From Bdellovibrionota bacterium (GTDB lineage: Bacteria; Bdellovibrionota; UBA1018; CAIPTA01; JAALKR01): 64,000 bases of DNA. The position numbers were made by a program, and so were the translations under genes. The stretch spans positions 1,024,001 through 1,088,000 of the forward strand of contig CBDBMJ010000001.1 in NCBI GenBank assembly GCA_965207455.1, written 5' to 3'. Positions within the stretch are counted from its first letter, which is position 1, and each line of letters begins with the position of its first letter. The notes under the pieces were generated by a model. That model did not search any database and had not been told where the DNA came from. It saw only the letters and a program-made list of their open reading frames with translations. This document shows positions 1 through 9,997 of this stretch, piece after piece.

Positions 1-1
1 C

Positions 2-721
2 AATTATGAAAATTTAAAAGAGAGATTTCCTCAATTCAATTTCTCAGATAATGAGATCGGAGTTTATGAAAAAAATGGAGCAAGTATATGCGTAAAAGAA
101 TATATTGAAAAAGTTATTGCTCACTACAAAACTGAACATGATGACCTTATCGAAGACACGTATGTTAGTAAGATAGATAGTAGCTCAAAAGGAATACATA
201 AAGTTATAACAACCTCTGGTACATTCCATTCCTCTAGAGTGATCGTAACCTCTGGCATTGGATTAAAAGAAATCTTACCTGAAATATATGAAGATGAATG
301 TATCGAGCAACGTGAAATCACGGCATATAAAGTACAAACTAAAGATGCAAAGTCAATCCCTAATTTTTTTGATTACACAACAATCTTCTATGGCTCTAAG
401 AACTTTCAAGGAGAAAAAGGGAATTTTAGAGTTGGTGTTCAATCCGGAACTAAAAACCCCATAGAAAAGGTAAGAGAATATTCCAAAAAAAGATTTTCAC
501 TAGATTATGAAATAACTGAAGAGAAGGTATCTGCTAATGATCTTTATACTAAAAATAGAGATGGTTTCTTGGGCAAAGTCTGTGGAAGAGATGGACTTTT
601 TGTCCTTGCAGGATGGGGAGGCGGCGCCTTTAAATTCGCTCCTTTTCTGGGTCATAAAATAGTTGAAGAAGTCATAAATAAAAGAGAGGTAATTGGAGGT
701 TCGTATGAGATCACAATCTAA
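2..721 (+). CDS. FAD-dependent amine oxidase, sarcosine oxidase/SolA (DAO) family, 5'-truncated by window edge
   Basis: Frame is open from base 2 (NYENLKERFPQFNFSDNEIGVYEKNGA...). C-terminal GWGGGAFKFAPFLG resembles the MSOX GxSGHGFKFAP motif. Confidence 0.75.
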   Translation, partial: NYENLKERFPQFNFSDNEIGVYEKNGASICVKEYIEKVIAHYKTEHDDLIEDTYVSKIDSSSKGIHKVITTSGTFHSSRVIVTSGIGLKEILPEIYEDECIEQREITAYKVQTKDAKSIPNFFDYTTIFYGSKNFQGEKGNFRVGVQSGTKNPIEKVREYSKKRFSLDYEITEEKVSANDLYTKNRDGFLGKVCGRDGLFVLAGWGGGAFKFAPFLGHKIVEEVINKREVIGGSYEITI

Positions 722-2003
722 TTTTATCATTGTAGGAGCAGGTCCTAAAGCATTAGCGGTTGTTGCTAAATCGTATGTGTTAAATAAGTTATTTGATATA
801 TCAATGCCGAAATTTCACATTATTGAAAAAAAAGAAATCGGTGCTAACTGGACAGGTAGTAACGGTTTTACAAATGGAAATTTAAAACTTGGAAGCCCGC
901 CACAAAAAGATGTTGGATTTCCTTACAACTCAAAAATATTTGGAAATAAAAATGATGAATTAGTTAATCGTGAGATGAGAGCATTTTCTTGGGATATGTA
1001 TTTAATCAATAATGGGAAGTATGCTGACTGGATAGATAGAGGTAGACCCAGTCCGATACATATTGAGTGGGCTAATTATTTAAAGTATAGTTTTTCGCTT
1101 TTAAAGGATTATGTGGAAATTCACTCAGGAGCTTTAAAAGAAATCTTTTATAGTAATGGAACGGTTAGTGTAAATTTTGAAGATAAAGGCAATCTTAATC
1201 ATCTTGAAGCAGATTACTTGATGCTGACAGGTCCTGGGGAAACTACTTTAAAGCAATCTATTAAGAGCGAAAGGATATTTGATATTAATTCTTATTGGAA
1301 ATCTGATATTGAATTTGAAGAGAATGAAAAAATCCTCATTATAGGAGGCGGTGAAAATTCTGCGACTATTGCTCTTGATATACATCAAAAATTTAAAAAT
1401 AAAAGTATCACTTTAAATATTATCACACCCAGAGGAATACTCTTTACTAGAGGAGAGAATTATTTTGAAAATAGAGTTTTTACAGATGCCAGTAATGGAC
1501 ATTGGGACCAGTTAACTAGAGATGAAAAAATATCATTTCTTAAGCATACGGATTTTGGAGTTTATTCAGTTGATGCTATGAACGAATTAAGTTATAGTGC
1601 AAATTTAAATGTTATTAAAGGAATTGTAAAAGAAAGTACTGAATTAAATAATAAGGTTTTGGTATCGTTTGAAGATAAGAGAAAAGAAAACTCTTCCTAC
1701 GATAGAGTTATTTGGGCCAATGGATTGAAAAGAACAGGCTTACTAAGTTCAAAATTAAATTTTGAGAGCAAGAAAGAACTAGAAAGTATTATTGGAGAAA
1801 TAACGGATCGTAACCTTGAAAATAAAATAGACTACGATCTTTCATTAACTGGCATTGGAACCAAAATTTTTCTTCCAGCAATTTCAATGATTAGCCAAGG
1901 CCCAGGTCTTTCTAATTTAAGCAGTTTGGGCACTATAGCTGATAGAATTCTTTATAGTTTAATTTCTGTTGAAAATAAGGAGTTATATCATGTTTCAAAT
2001 TAG
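705..2003 (+). CDS. Lysine/ornithine N-monooxygenase (MbtG/IucD/SidA family)
   Basis: FAD motif IIVGAGPKALAV and NADPH motif IIGGGENSA. C-terminal QGPGLSNLSSLG is MbtG-like. GGAGG RBS precedes ATG 705. Confidence 0.8.
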   Translation: MRSQSNFIIVGAGPKALAVVAKSYVLNKLFDISMPKFHIIEKKEIGANWTGSNGFTNGNLKLGSPPQKDVGFPYNSKIFGNKNDELVNREMRAFSWDMYLINNGKYADWIDRGRPSPIHIEWANYLKYSFSLLKDYVEIHSGALKEIFYSNGTVSVNFEDKGNLNHLEADYLMLTGPGETTLKQSIKSERIFDINSYWKSDIEFEENEKILIIGGGENSATIALDIHQKFKNKSITLNIITPRGILFTRGENYFENRVFTDASNGHWDQLTRDEKISFLKHTDFGVYSVDAMNELSYSANLNVIKGIVKESTELNNKVLVSFEDKRKENSSYDRVIWANGLKRTGLLSSKLNFESKKELESIIGEITDRNLENKIDYDLSLTGIGTKIFLPAISMISQGPGLSNLSSLGTIADRILYSLISVENKELYHVSN

Positions 2004-2634
2004 ACAGCTTTATAGAAGTGATGCAAATGAAGTAAATAATATAAGAAAAGAAGCCTACGGCAAAGCCAAGGGAATGACAGTAAAAGATTCAGGGATTTTC
2101 TGGAATAAATCTGATGACCAGTCAACAGTTTTAGGCATTTATAACAAAACCAAGTTAATCGCTACAATGCGAGGTGAAATTGTAACATCCTTAGGAATAG
2201 TAGAAAAAAAAATGGAATGCCCTTGGACCTATGATAGTTTTTCTTTTCCTGCAATGATTCTTAGTAGAGCATCTATTAACTCTAAGTACGAAGGTAAGGG
2301 CTTTATTTCTATTTTAAGACTTCTTTTTTTTAAGTTGGCCCATAAATGGGAAGTTAAAACTATTCTTGGAACCATGACTGCAAATTCTCGTAGAATAAAA
2401 AGCATGGAAAATATGGGATATCGTTTTTTTGAGAATAATCTTGGTTGGGGTTGGAGAGATTACGGTTATGTATCACAAGATAAAGTTTTAATTTCAGTAC
2501 TTGATTTTGAAAAGCTTGAAACATACGCCTTGAAGAAACTAGAAACTAAATACAAAAATTTCATAGACAATGAAATAGATTTAGATTTGGATTTAGATTC
2601 AGTTTGCTATAACGAGGTTAAGGTGGTCGGTTAA
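1990..2634 (+). CDS. GNAT-fold N-acyltransferase
   Basis: IRKEAY helix, SRASINSKYEGKGF acyl-CoA-binding-like motif, MENMGYRF. AAGGAG RBS precedes ATG 1990. Confidence 0.6.
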   Translation: MFQIRQLYRSDANEVNNIRKEAYGKAKGMTVKDSGIFWNKSDDQSTVLGIYNKTKLIATMRGEIVTSLGIVEKKMECPWTYDSFSFPAMILSRASINSKYEGKGFISILRLLFFKLAHKWEVKTILGTMTANSRRIKSMENMGYRFFENNLGWGWRDYGYVSQDKVLISVLDFEKLETYALKKLETKYKNFIDNEIDLDLDLDSVCYNEVKVVG

Positions 2635-2636
2635 CT

Positions 2637-3476
2637 ATGGACATATTAATATATATCTCTCTTCATACCATAAATATATGGTTGTTAAAAAGCCTTTCCC
2701 TAGAGAGCGTGCCCACTGAAGTAACATTAATAATAAGAGGATTAGGTTGTATTATTATGTCTGTAATTTTTGCATATAAAAATAATTTCAGTCTACTACC
2801 TAAAGATCCTAAACTTCAGTTAACACGACTTTTTACAGCAGGGCTTGGCCTTGGTCTAATGATTGCTTCTTATCAATATGTTAATGCATCAACAGCTGCT
2901 GTTTTGTTTAAGTTTGATGTAATTTTTCTTATTTTTATATCTATGTTTTTGGGAAATAAAGTAAAGACAATGATTTACTATGCTTTGGGAGCATTTGCTT
3001 TTCTTTTGACACATATATTTTTCTTTAAAGAATTTTCTGAGAATATCTTGGGATATATCACCGCACTTATTGGCACTTTTATTATTTCTATCGGATTTTT
3101 ACTATTAAATAAATCTGGTCAGTCTGAAAATCAAGCTGTAACATGCCTTGTTCCAGGAATTTCTATCAGCCTGTTTGGTGTTTTGTTGGCCTTGAAAAAA
3201 CAAGGAAATTATTTTGATACATTAAATGTTTCTTTGTTAATGGCGTTATGCTCTGGAATAATTATGTTTGCAATATATATTTATACTTTAAAATTATATA
3301 AAAAATACTCAGTTGTTTTTGCAGAAATTTTAACTTTTATTTGCATTATATTACTTGTTCCAATAGAGATTTGGGGATTGAGAACCTCGTATAGCCTCCA
3401 ACATTTATTTTCAATATTGGTCATCGCATCATATACTTTATTTGTTTATCTAAAAAAATATAAATCGCATACCTAA
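2637..3476 (+). CDS. EamA/DMT family transporter
   Basis: 279 aa with about 10 hydrophobic helices and two-repeat DMT character. Translationally coupled to the upstream gene. Confidence 0.7.
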   Translation: MDILIYISLHTINIWLLKSLSLESVPTEVTLIIRGLGCIIMSVIFAYKNNFSLLPKDPKLQLTRLFTAGLGLGLMIASYQYVNASTAAVLFKFDVIFLIFISMFLGNKVKTMIYYALGAFAFLLTHIFFFKEFSENILGYITALIGTFIISIGFLLLNKSGQSENQAVTCLVPGISISLFGVLLALKKQGNYFDTLNVSLLMALCSGIIMFAIYIYTLKLYKKYSVVFAEILTFICIILLVPIEIWGLRTSYSLQHLFSILVIASYTLFVYLKKYKSHT

Positions 3477-3544
3477 AAAACGGCTCTGAAATTCAAATAA
3501 ACTTAATGCGCCGCGCGCTTTATCATAAGCTATCTTGCTTGAAA

Positions 3545-3787
3545 TTATTGTGTGATTTTGCTGGCCTCTAGCTCCGCATCCAAGGACAACTGATCAGAGG
3601 TGTTGGAGAGGAAGCGAACACGATTGGCTGCAATTTCACGAAGTGCCGTCACTGCGGGCTTATTTTTGCTATACACTAGGGGTTCAGAGCCAGAATAAAG
3701 CTGACGGGCTCGCTTAGTACACAGGTGCACTAGCTCATATCGATTACTGACCTGTTTTAAACAATCTTCTATGGTAACTCTAGCCAT
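3545..3787 (-). CDS. rpoZ: RNA polymerase omega subunit
   Basis: [10 protein letters not shown]...NRYELV...KRARQL...[11 protein letters not shown]. Confidence 0.95.
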   Translation of the reverse strand: MARVTIEDCLKQVSNRYELVHLCTKRARQLYSGSEPLVYSKNKPAVTALREIAANRVRFLSNTSDQLSLDAELEASKITQ

Positions 3788-3819
3788 GGCTGTAAGTGTA
3801 CAGACAAATGGATGAAAAA

Positions 3820-5130
3820 TCAAGCACTCTCGGGCTTGGATCCCTCACTGGAGGTCTTTTTTTTCTTTCGCTTTACAGCGGTGGGTTCAGAGTAAATCAT
3901 CTCGGGCATTTCCTTTTTAAGGATTACCTCTTCCGTCACAAGGCATTTCTCCAAATTACTCATACTGGGAACCTCATACATCATATTTAACATGGCTTGC
4001 TCCAGTACTGCCCGAAGTCCTCTTGCCCCTGTCTTACGCTTGAGGGCCTCTTTGGCAATGGCTTTAATGGAGGCCTCGCTAAACTCCAAGTTCACGTTAT
4101 CATAGCTAAATAACGCCTTAAATTGCTTGAGTAGGGCGTTCTTGGGCTCCGTCAAAATTCTTGCTAAAACCATTTCATCCAATTCGTTTAGGGTGGTGAG
4201 AACGGGTAAGCGTCCCACAAATTCAGGAATAAGGCCAAAGGATAGCAGATCTTCTGGCTCCACCTCAGCCATAATTTTATCCATTGAACCACTTTTTCTG
4301 CTTCTCACACTGGCAGAAAAACCCATGGAGCGCTTTCCTGTACGAGCCTCAATTACTTTTTCCAAGCCAATAAAAGCACCACCGCAGATGAAAAGTATAT
4401 TGGAAGTATCCACCTGTAAAAATTCCTGCTGTGGGTGTTTTCGTCCACCCTTGGGCGGGATATTCGCAACCGTGCCTTCTATAATTTTCAGCAACGCTTG
4501 TTGGACGCCCTCACCGGAAACATCACGGGTGATGGAAGGGCTTTCTGATTTCTTTGAAATCTTATCTACTTCGTCGATATAAATGATTCCTTGCTGAGCT
4601 TGCTGCACATTGAAGTCGCAACTCTGTAGAAGGCTTAAAATAATATTTTCCACATCCTCACCAACGTAGCCTGCCTCAGTTAATGTGGTGGCATCCGCAA
4701 TAGCAAATGGCACATTTAAAAACCTGGCTAACGTTTGGGCTAAAAGAGTTTTTCCTGAACCCGTGGGGCCGATTAAAAGCACATTGGCTTTGGACAGTTC
4801 CACATCCGATGACTTTCTACTCTGAATGCGCTTGTAATGGTTGTAAATGGCAACCGATAAAACTTTTTTAGAATTCTCCTGACCCACAACATATTCATCT
4901 AAATATTTTTTAATCTCCATGGGCTTGGGTAAATGAAGGGCGTCGTTTTTTTTTGTAATTTCTTTAGGATTATCGTCGTCGACAATAATGCTATTACAAA
5001 GCTCCACACATTCATCACAAATGTATACACTTGGTCCAGCAATTAGTTTTTTTACTTCACGCTGACTCTTGCCACAAAAGGAACAATTAAGAGCTCCCCC
5101 GCCTTTACCACCATTTTTTTGCTTAGGCAT
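3820..5130 (-). CDS. clpX: ATP-dependent Clp protease ATP-binding subunit
   Basis: C4 zinc finger CSFCGK...ICDECV, Walker [23 protein letters not shown]. Confidence 0.98.
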   Translation of the reverse strand: MPKQKNGGKGGGALNCSFCGKSQREVKKLIAGPSVYICDECVELCNSIIVDDDNPKEITKKNDALHLPKPMEIKKYLDEYVVGQENSKKVLSVAIYNHYKRIQSRKSSDVELSKANVLLIGPTGSGKTLLAQTLARFLNVPFAIADATTLTEAGYVGEDVENIILSLLQSCDFNVQQAQQGIIYIDEVDKISKKSESPSITRDVSGEGVQQALLKIIEGTVANIPPKGGRKHPQQEFLQVDTSNILFICGGAFIGLEKVIEARTGKRSMGFSASVRSRKSGSMDKIMAEVEPEDLLSFGLIPEFVGRLPVLTTLNELDEMVLARILTEPKNALLKQFKALFSYDNVNLEFSEASIKAIAKEALKRKTGARGLRAVLEQAMLNMMYEVPSMSNLEKCLVTEEVILKKEMPEMIYSEPTAVKRKKKKTSSEGSKPESA

Positions 5131-5144
5131 AAATAAAGTTCTCC

Positions 5145-5825
5145 CTATTTACTGTCTTTGGGTTTCTCATGGCGTGTGAGCACTTTGTCGATCAGCCCAT
5201 ACTCCTTGGCCTCTTGGGCACTCATGTAGTAATCCCTATCCGTGTCCTTTTCCAGCTCATCTTTTGTTTTTCCTGTAAGGTCGCCCAAGATACTATTAAT
5301 CTTACTCTTTAAATACAATATCTCTTTTGCTCGAATCTCAATATCTGTGGCCTGGCCCTGAGCTCCCCCCAAAGGCTGGTGAATCATAATTCGAGAATTC
5401 ATAAGAGCATAGCGCTTTCCCTTGGCTCCAGCAGCTAAAATAAATGCTCCCATACTGGCTGCCATCCCCGTGCAATAGGTAACCACATCACATTTAATAA
5501 AGCGCATGACATCGTAAATGCCCATCCCCGCACTAATACTGCCACCAGGAGAGTTAATATAAAGATGAATATCCTTGTCTGGGTCGTTCCCCTCTAAAAA
5601 TAACATCTGTGCGATTAAAAGATTGGCCACGGTATCATTGATCTCTGTGCCTAAAAAAATAATCCTATCAAGCATCAGGCGAGAGAAAATATCGTACTGC
5701 CTCTCCCCACGGGGAGTCTGCTCCACTACTACTGGATTCGGAATATAGCCAGACGCGTTAAATTCTTTGGGATCCCACATACTATTGTTTCCTACCATTA
5801 TTGAACTTATAAATCTATTCGGCAA
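5145..5825 (-). CDS. clpP: Clp protease proteolytic subunit
   Basis: [21 protein letters not shown] (catalytic Ser), MIHQP. Exact start uncertain. Confidence 0.97.
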   Translation of the reverse strand: MPNRFISSIMVGNNSMWDPKEFNASGYIPNPVVVEQTPRGERQYDIFSRLMLDRIIFLGTEINDTVANLLIAQMLFLEGNDPDKDIHLYINSPGGSISAGMGIYDVMRFIKCDVVTYCTGMAASMGAFILAAGAKGKRYALMNSRIMIHQPLGGAQGQATDIEIRAKEILYLKSKINSILGDLTGKTKDELEKDTDRDYYMSAQEAKEYGLIDKVLTRHEKPKDSK

Positions 5826-5922
5826 CCATACCTAGTTACTAAAGAAAAAACACTCGCTGAGAGAAAAAATACTTCCCTAGACATTTATTGATCCATGGGG
5901 AAATACAAGATAAAAGGACACT

Positions 5923-6891
5923 ATGAAAATAGGTTCTTACCCACTGGATACACTTTGCCGGCTAGCGCCCATGGCTGGAATTTCTAATATTCCCTTCCGA
6001 CTAATCTGTAAGGAAATGGGTAGCTCGCTGACCACAAGTGAGGAAATCAGTGCTGCGGGACTGGTGCGCAACCAGGCTAGAACAGGGGAGCTTGCTCGCT
6101 ACCTATATGAGGAAAAGCCCATTGCCATGCAGCTAGTGGGTTCCGACCCCACCATACTGGCAGAGGCATCTAAAATTCTTGTCGATAATGGAGCCAATAT
6201 CATTGACTTAAATATGGGATGTCCAGTACCAAAAATAACAAAAACAGGTGCTGGGTCGGCCCTTATGAAGGATCCTCTCCAGTGTGCTCGTCTCTTGAGG
6301 ACTATTCGTAGGGCTATCCCCCACAATCCCTTTACCATTAAAATTCGTGGCGGCTGGAGCGACCAGCAGGTAAATGCCCCTGAGATTTCTCAGATTGCAG
6401 AAAAGGAGGGTGTGGATGCTATCACTGTACATCCTCGCACCCGCTCTCAGGCATTCAGTGGAGTGGCCCCCTGGAATATTATACAAAGTGTGGTGGAGAG
6501 TGTATCTATCCCTGTCACAGGCAACGGGGATGTAAAATCCTTTTCCGACGCCTTTTCCATGAAAGAAAAAACGGGCTGTAAGAGTGTGATGATTGGCAGA
6601 GGGGCACTGGGAAACCCTTGGGTGTTCCATCCAACGATGGAGAGTTGGTCCCTAAAAAAACAGCACGAATATAAACAAAAAATAATTAATCGTCACTTTC
6701 AGCTTATGGAAACCCATTTTTCAGAGCGATTTGCCTGTATACAAATGAAAAAGCACCTAGCTTGGTATATTCGCAATACCCAGGGTGCAGCCCAAGCTAG
6801 ACAAATTATTTTCGCCCTAAAAACAAAACAGGACGTGCATGGATTCTTTGAAGACTACTGGGGAAGGTGCGGTCCTTCGGACTCCAATTGA
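5923..6891 (+). CDS. dusB: tRNA-dihydrouridine synthase (DusB/NifR3 type)
   Basis: LAPMAG, DLNMGCP, TVHPRT, GNGDV, VMIGRGALGNPW. Confidence 0.9.
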   Translation: MKIGSYPLDTLCRLAPMAGISNIPFRLICKEMGSSLTTSEEISAAGLVRNQARTGELARYLYEEKPIAMQLVGSDPTILAEASKILVDNGANIIDLNMGCPVPKITKTGAGSALMKDPLQCARLLRTIRRAIPHNPFTIKIRGGWSDQQVNAPEISQIAEKEGVDAITVHPRTRSQAFSGVAPWNIIQSVVESVSIPVTGNGDVKSFSDAFSMKEKTGCKSVMIGRGALGNPWVFHPTMESWSLKKQHEYKQKIINRHFQLMETHFSERFACIQMKKHLAWYIRNTQGAAQARQIIFALKTKQDVHGFFEDYWGRCGPSDSN

Positions 6892-7061
6892 GCAACGACC
6901 GTAAGCAAATACTCACTTAAAACTTCCCGTAAACTCTCCATTGTCATCTCCACAGGAGAGATTCCCTTTTTCTTTAATAATAGGGCTAGCTCCTCTTGGA
7001 TTAAGTGTTTGGGGAGACCTGTTAGTTCAGCCACTTCATCAAATAGTTTGTTTCCTAACAT
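6855..7061 (-). CDS. Small hypothetical protein
   Basis: 68 aa ORF with GAGGAG RBS and helical composition (ELTGLPKHLIQEEL). Confidence 0.6.
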   Translation of the reverse strand: MLGNKLFDEVAELTGLPKHLIQEELALLLKKKGISPVEMTMESLREVLSEYLLTVVAQLESEGPHLPQ

Positions 7062-7300
7062 CAGTGGAGTTCTCCTCTATCCCTAAGGACTATAAAATTC
7101 CATACTGTTTACATTCCATACTACCTAAGGTTTATCATACTGATCTATAAAGAATTATTGCAAGGGTTTGTGTAGCTATTTTTTACCAGCCCAGCGCATC
7201 ATTTTCCTGTTGTCTTAAAATAAAATATTATTCAATAGAGAGGCATGACATAACTCGAGGCATTATCTCAAGTTCCCTTAGAAAAAGGAAATGCAACAAT

Positions 7301-8251
7301 CTAATTACAAGTTTTCTCAAAAAAATCAGCTCCACTAGTAGAACAATTTATGACTAAGCTAGAATTCACAGGGCTACCAAGAAAGGCTCTCTGATCCCCA
7401 ATGCCAGTGAAACTTCCCCACCGTACATTCAGTTCTATTAATTTTGGAGTATTTGTAAACATATAGGTTGCAGACGTAAGACTAGTGACATTCCAATCAG
7501 ATAAATCAGCCGAAGCTAACTTCTGAGCACCATAAAACATGGAGTCCATATTCTTTACTTGAGAGGTATCAAAACTAGATAAATCAAGCGAAGTCATGAC
7601 CGAGAAAAAAAACATAGAATTCATATTTGTTACTTGAGAGGTATCCGTATTGCCAACAGTAAATCTACTCAGCTTTTGACATTGATAAAAAGCATTGTGA
7701 AAACTTTTCCAACCCACTACTCCAAGGTTTTTTACTTCAATAAGTTTATTTTTATCATTATAGGATTCAAAATCCAAAGCTGGAAACTTTGAGCCTGTTA
7801 TTTTAATTATTTTATCTCCTGCTGATCCATAAGTATGAGTAATATCATTACTATAAGCATTAACTTCTTGCAGTTGAGAGCTATCACCCCAATCAATAGT
7901 AAAATCGTATTCAAAGTTATTTCCATCTTCATCAGATTCCTTTAGAGGAAGGGTGACAGTATAGTCTCCATCTCCATAATTTGAATTTCCAACACGCCAA
8001 ACAGACTCAAAACCACTATTGGAATTGTCATCACTATTGTCGTCATTATTGGAATCGTCATTACTATTATCGTTATTACTATTATCGTTATTACTATTAT
8101 CGTTATTACTATTATCTACATTATTAACATCACCGTTATATCCTGTAGTAGAATATTCATTGGCAAAACAGCCATTCAGTAGAACCAAAGCAGATAGCGC
8201 TACCATAGTATATACACTTCTTTGTAAAAAAATTATTGTAGACAAATACAT
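7301..8251 (-). CDS. DUF285/BspA-like surface lipoprotein (paralog 1)
   Basis: Lipobox LLNGC, Asn/Asp-rich linker, PKD-like IDWGD...THTY, repeats DTSQVTNMNSMF. Confidence 0.85.
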   Translation of the reverse strand: MYLSTIIFLQRSVYTMVALSALVLLNGCFANEYSTTGYNGDVNNVDNSNNDNSNNDNSNNDNSNDDSNNDDNSDDNSNSGFESVWRVGNSNYGDGDYTVTLPLKESDEDGNNFEYDFTIDWGDSSQLQEVNAYSNDITHTYGSAGDKIIKITGSKFPALDFESYNDKNKLIEVKNLGVVGWKSFHNAFYQCQKLSRFTVGNTDTSQVTNMNSMFFFSVMTSLDLSSFDTSQVKNMDSMFYGAQKLASADLSDWNVTSLTSATYMFTNTPKLIELNVRWGSFTGIGDQRAFLGSPVNSSLVINCSTSGADFFEKTCN

Positions 8252-8432
8252 TGGAAAACTCCTCCTATATATAGCTTCGGAATAATTTAAAATTACTTTA
8301 ATGAAATCTGAAAATTAAGTAAAAAATCAGGACTGCAATGAATTTCCATAACCTGAAAGCAGGTGTTCTCGTCTTAACCTTGAATCAACACATATTAGTT
8401 TTCACAAGTAAAAAGGAGGAGCCTGCAACAAT

Positions 8433-9464
8433 CTAATTACAAGTTTTCTCAAAAAAATCAGCCCCACTAGTAGAACAATTTATGACTAAATCAAAATTCA
8501 CAGGGCTACCAAGAAAGGCTCTCTGATCCTCAATGCCAGTGAAACTTCCCCATTGTACATTCAGTTCTATTAATTTTGGAGTATTTGTAAACATGCCGGA
8601 CGCAAACCTAAGACCGCTCACATTCCAATCAGATAAATCAGCCGAAGCTAACTTCTGAGCACCATAAAACATGGATCTTGTATTCGTTACTTTAGAGGTA
8701 TCCAAACCAGATAAATCAACCGAAGTTATGGCCGAGGAAAAAAACATGGCACTCATATCTGTTACTTTTGAGGTATCCAAGCCAGATAAATCAAGCGAAG
8801 TTAAGCTCCGGGAGTAATAAAACATTTGACTCATATCCGACACTTCTGAGGTGTCTGTATTGCCAACAGTAAACTCACTGAGTTTTTTACACTGATAAAA
8901 AGCATTGCTAAAATCTTTCCAACCTACTACTCCAAGGTTTTTTACTTCAATAAGTTTATTTCTATCATTAGAATAAAGATACAAAGTTGGAAATTTTGGA
9001 CCTTCTATTTTAACTGTATAATCCCCAGCTTCTGCATATTTATGATCTGCACTAATACTTTCGGTATTAAATGTTTCAGATCTTGATCCATCACCCCAAT
9101 CAACGGTGAACTCGTATTCAAACTCATTTCTATCTCTATCGGTTTTCTTTAGAGGAAATGCAATGCTAAGCTTTCCATCTCCATAATCCGAATTTCCAAC
9201 ACGCCAAACAGACTTAAAACTACTATTAGAAACATCATCGCCACTGTCACTACCACTGCCACTGTCACTGTCATTGTCACTGTCATCTATATCAACAGTG
9301 TCAGTATTATCGGGATCAGCGGTAGTACTGGCATTATCACTGTCATTGAAAAGCTCTATACTAGAATGTCCTTTACCAGTACAGCCATTCAATAGAGCTA
9401 GTGTGGATAGCATTATTACGATATAGATACTTCTTTGTAAAAAAGTTATTTTAGATAAATACAT
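8433..9464 (-). CDS. DUF285/BspA-like surface lipoprotein (paralog 2)
   Basis: Lipobox LLNGC, Asp/Ser linker, VDWGDG, DTSKVTDMSAMF repeats. C-terminus nearly identical to paralog 1. Confidence 0.85.
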   Translation of the reverse strand: MYLSKITFLQRSIYIVIMLSTLALLNGCTGKGHSSIELFNDSDNASTTADPDNTDTVDIDDSDNDSDSGSGSDSGDDVSNSSFKSVWRVGNSDYGDGKLSIAFPLKKTDRDRNEFEYEFTVDWGDGSRSETFNTESISADHKYAEAGDYTVKIEGPKFPTLYLYSNDRNKLIEVKNLGVVGWKDFSNAFYQCKKLSEFTVGNTDTSEVSDMSQMFYYSRSLTSLDLSGLDTSKVTDMSAMFFSSAITSVDLSGLDTSKVTNTRSMFYGAQKLASADLSDWNVSGLRFASGMFTNTPKLIELNVQWGSFTGIEDQRAFLGSPVNFDLVINCSTSGADFFEKTCN

Positions 9465-9697
9465 TGGAAAACCCTCATCATTATTTTTTCAAATTTAACA
9501 AATCTACTCCTACACATGGTTTCGGAAGAATTTGGAATTACTTTAGGAAAAAAAAATAATGAAATCAGGTAAGAAATTGGGGTCGCAAGGGATTTCCGGA
9601 ACCTGAAAACAGGTGTTTCTGCTATAACCTTGAATCAATACCTGTTCGTTTTTATGTATGGAAAGGTAAGTTACCGCATCCACCTTTGCCTATCTTT

Positions 9698-9997
9698 TTA
9701 TACCTTCACCCGGCCCAGGTGTTTTTTCAGTTCGTCGGAAACCATACTTTGAAAAGGAGAAAGCCAAACCGACAGCTTGATGGAGATACTAACCTCAGAG
9801 GAAGCCCCTTTTTCCACCACCATTAAATCACCAGAAAACTTTTTGCCCTCTATATGACCCTTAGTTTTCTTGTCTTCCCAAGAAATATTCCCTCCCCATT
9901 TTTCCAAAACTTTTTTTTCCTTAAGGTAGGATTTGACCGCCTTATACACATCATCCTTATTTCCTTTTATTTTTTTATTTATCTTTACTGCTGGCAT
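9698..9997 (-). CDS. Small hypothetical protein, possibly PHA-system/SRPBCC-like
   Basis: 99 aa from ATG 9997 (MPAVKINKK...), GGAAGG upstream. Family call is tentative. Confidence 0.5.
   Translation of the reverse strand: MPAVKINKKIKGNKDDVYKAVKSYLKEKKVLEKWGGNISWEDKKTKGHIEGKKFSGDLMVVEKGASSEVSISIKLSVWLSPFQSMVSDELKKHLGRVKV

Noticed and set aside
8330..8350. Sigma-54 promoter upstream of the DUF285 genes
   Set aside because: GG-to-GC spacing is 9 nt in both copies instead of the required 10.
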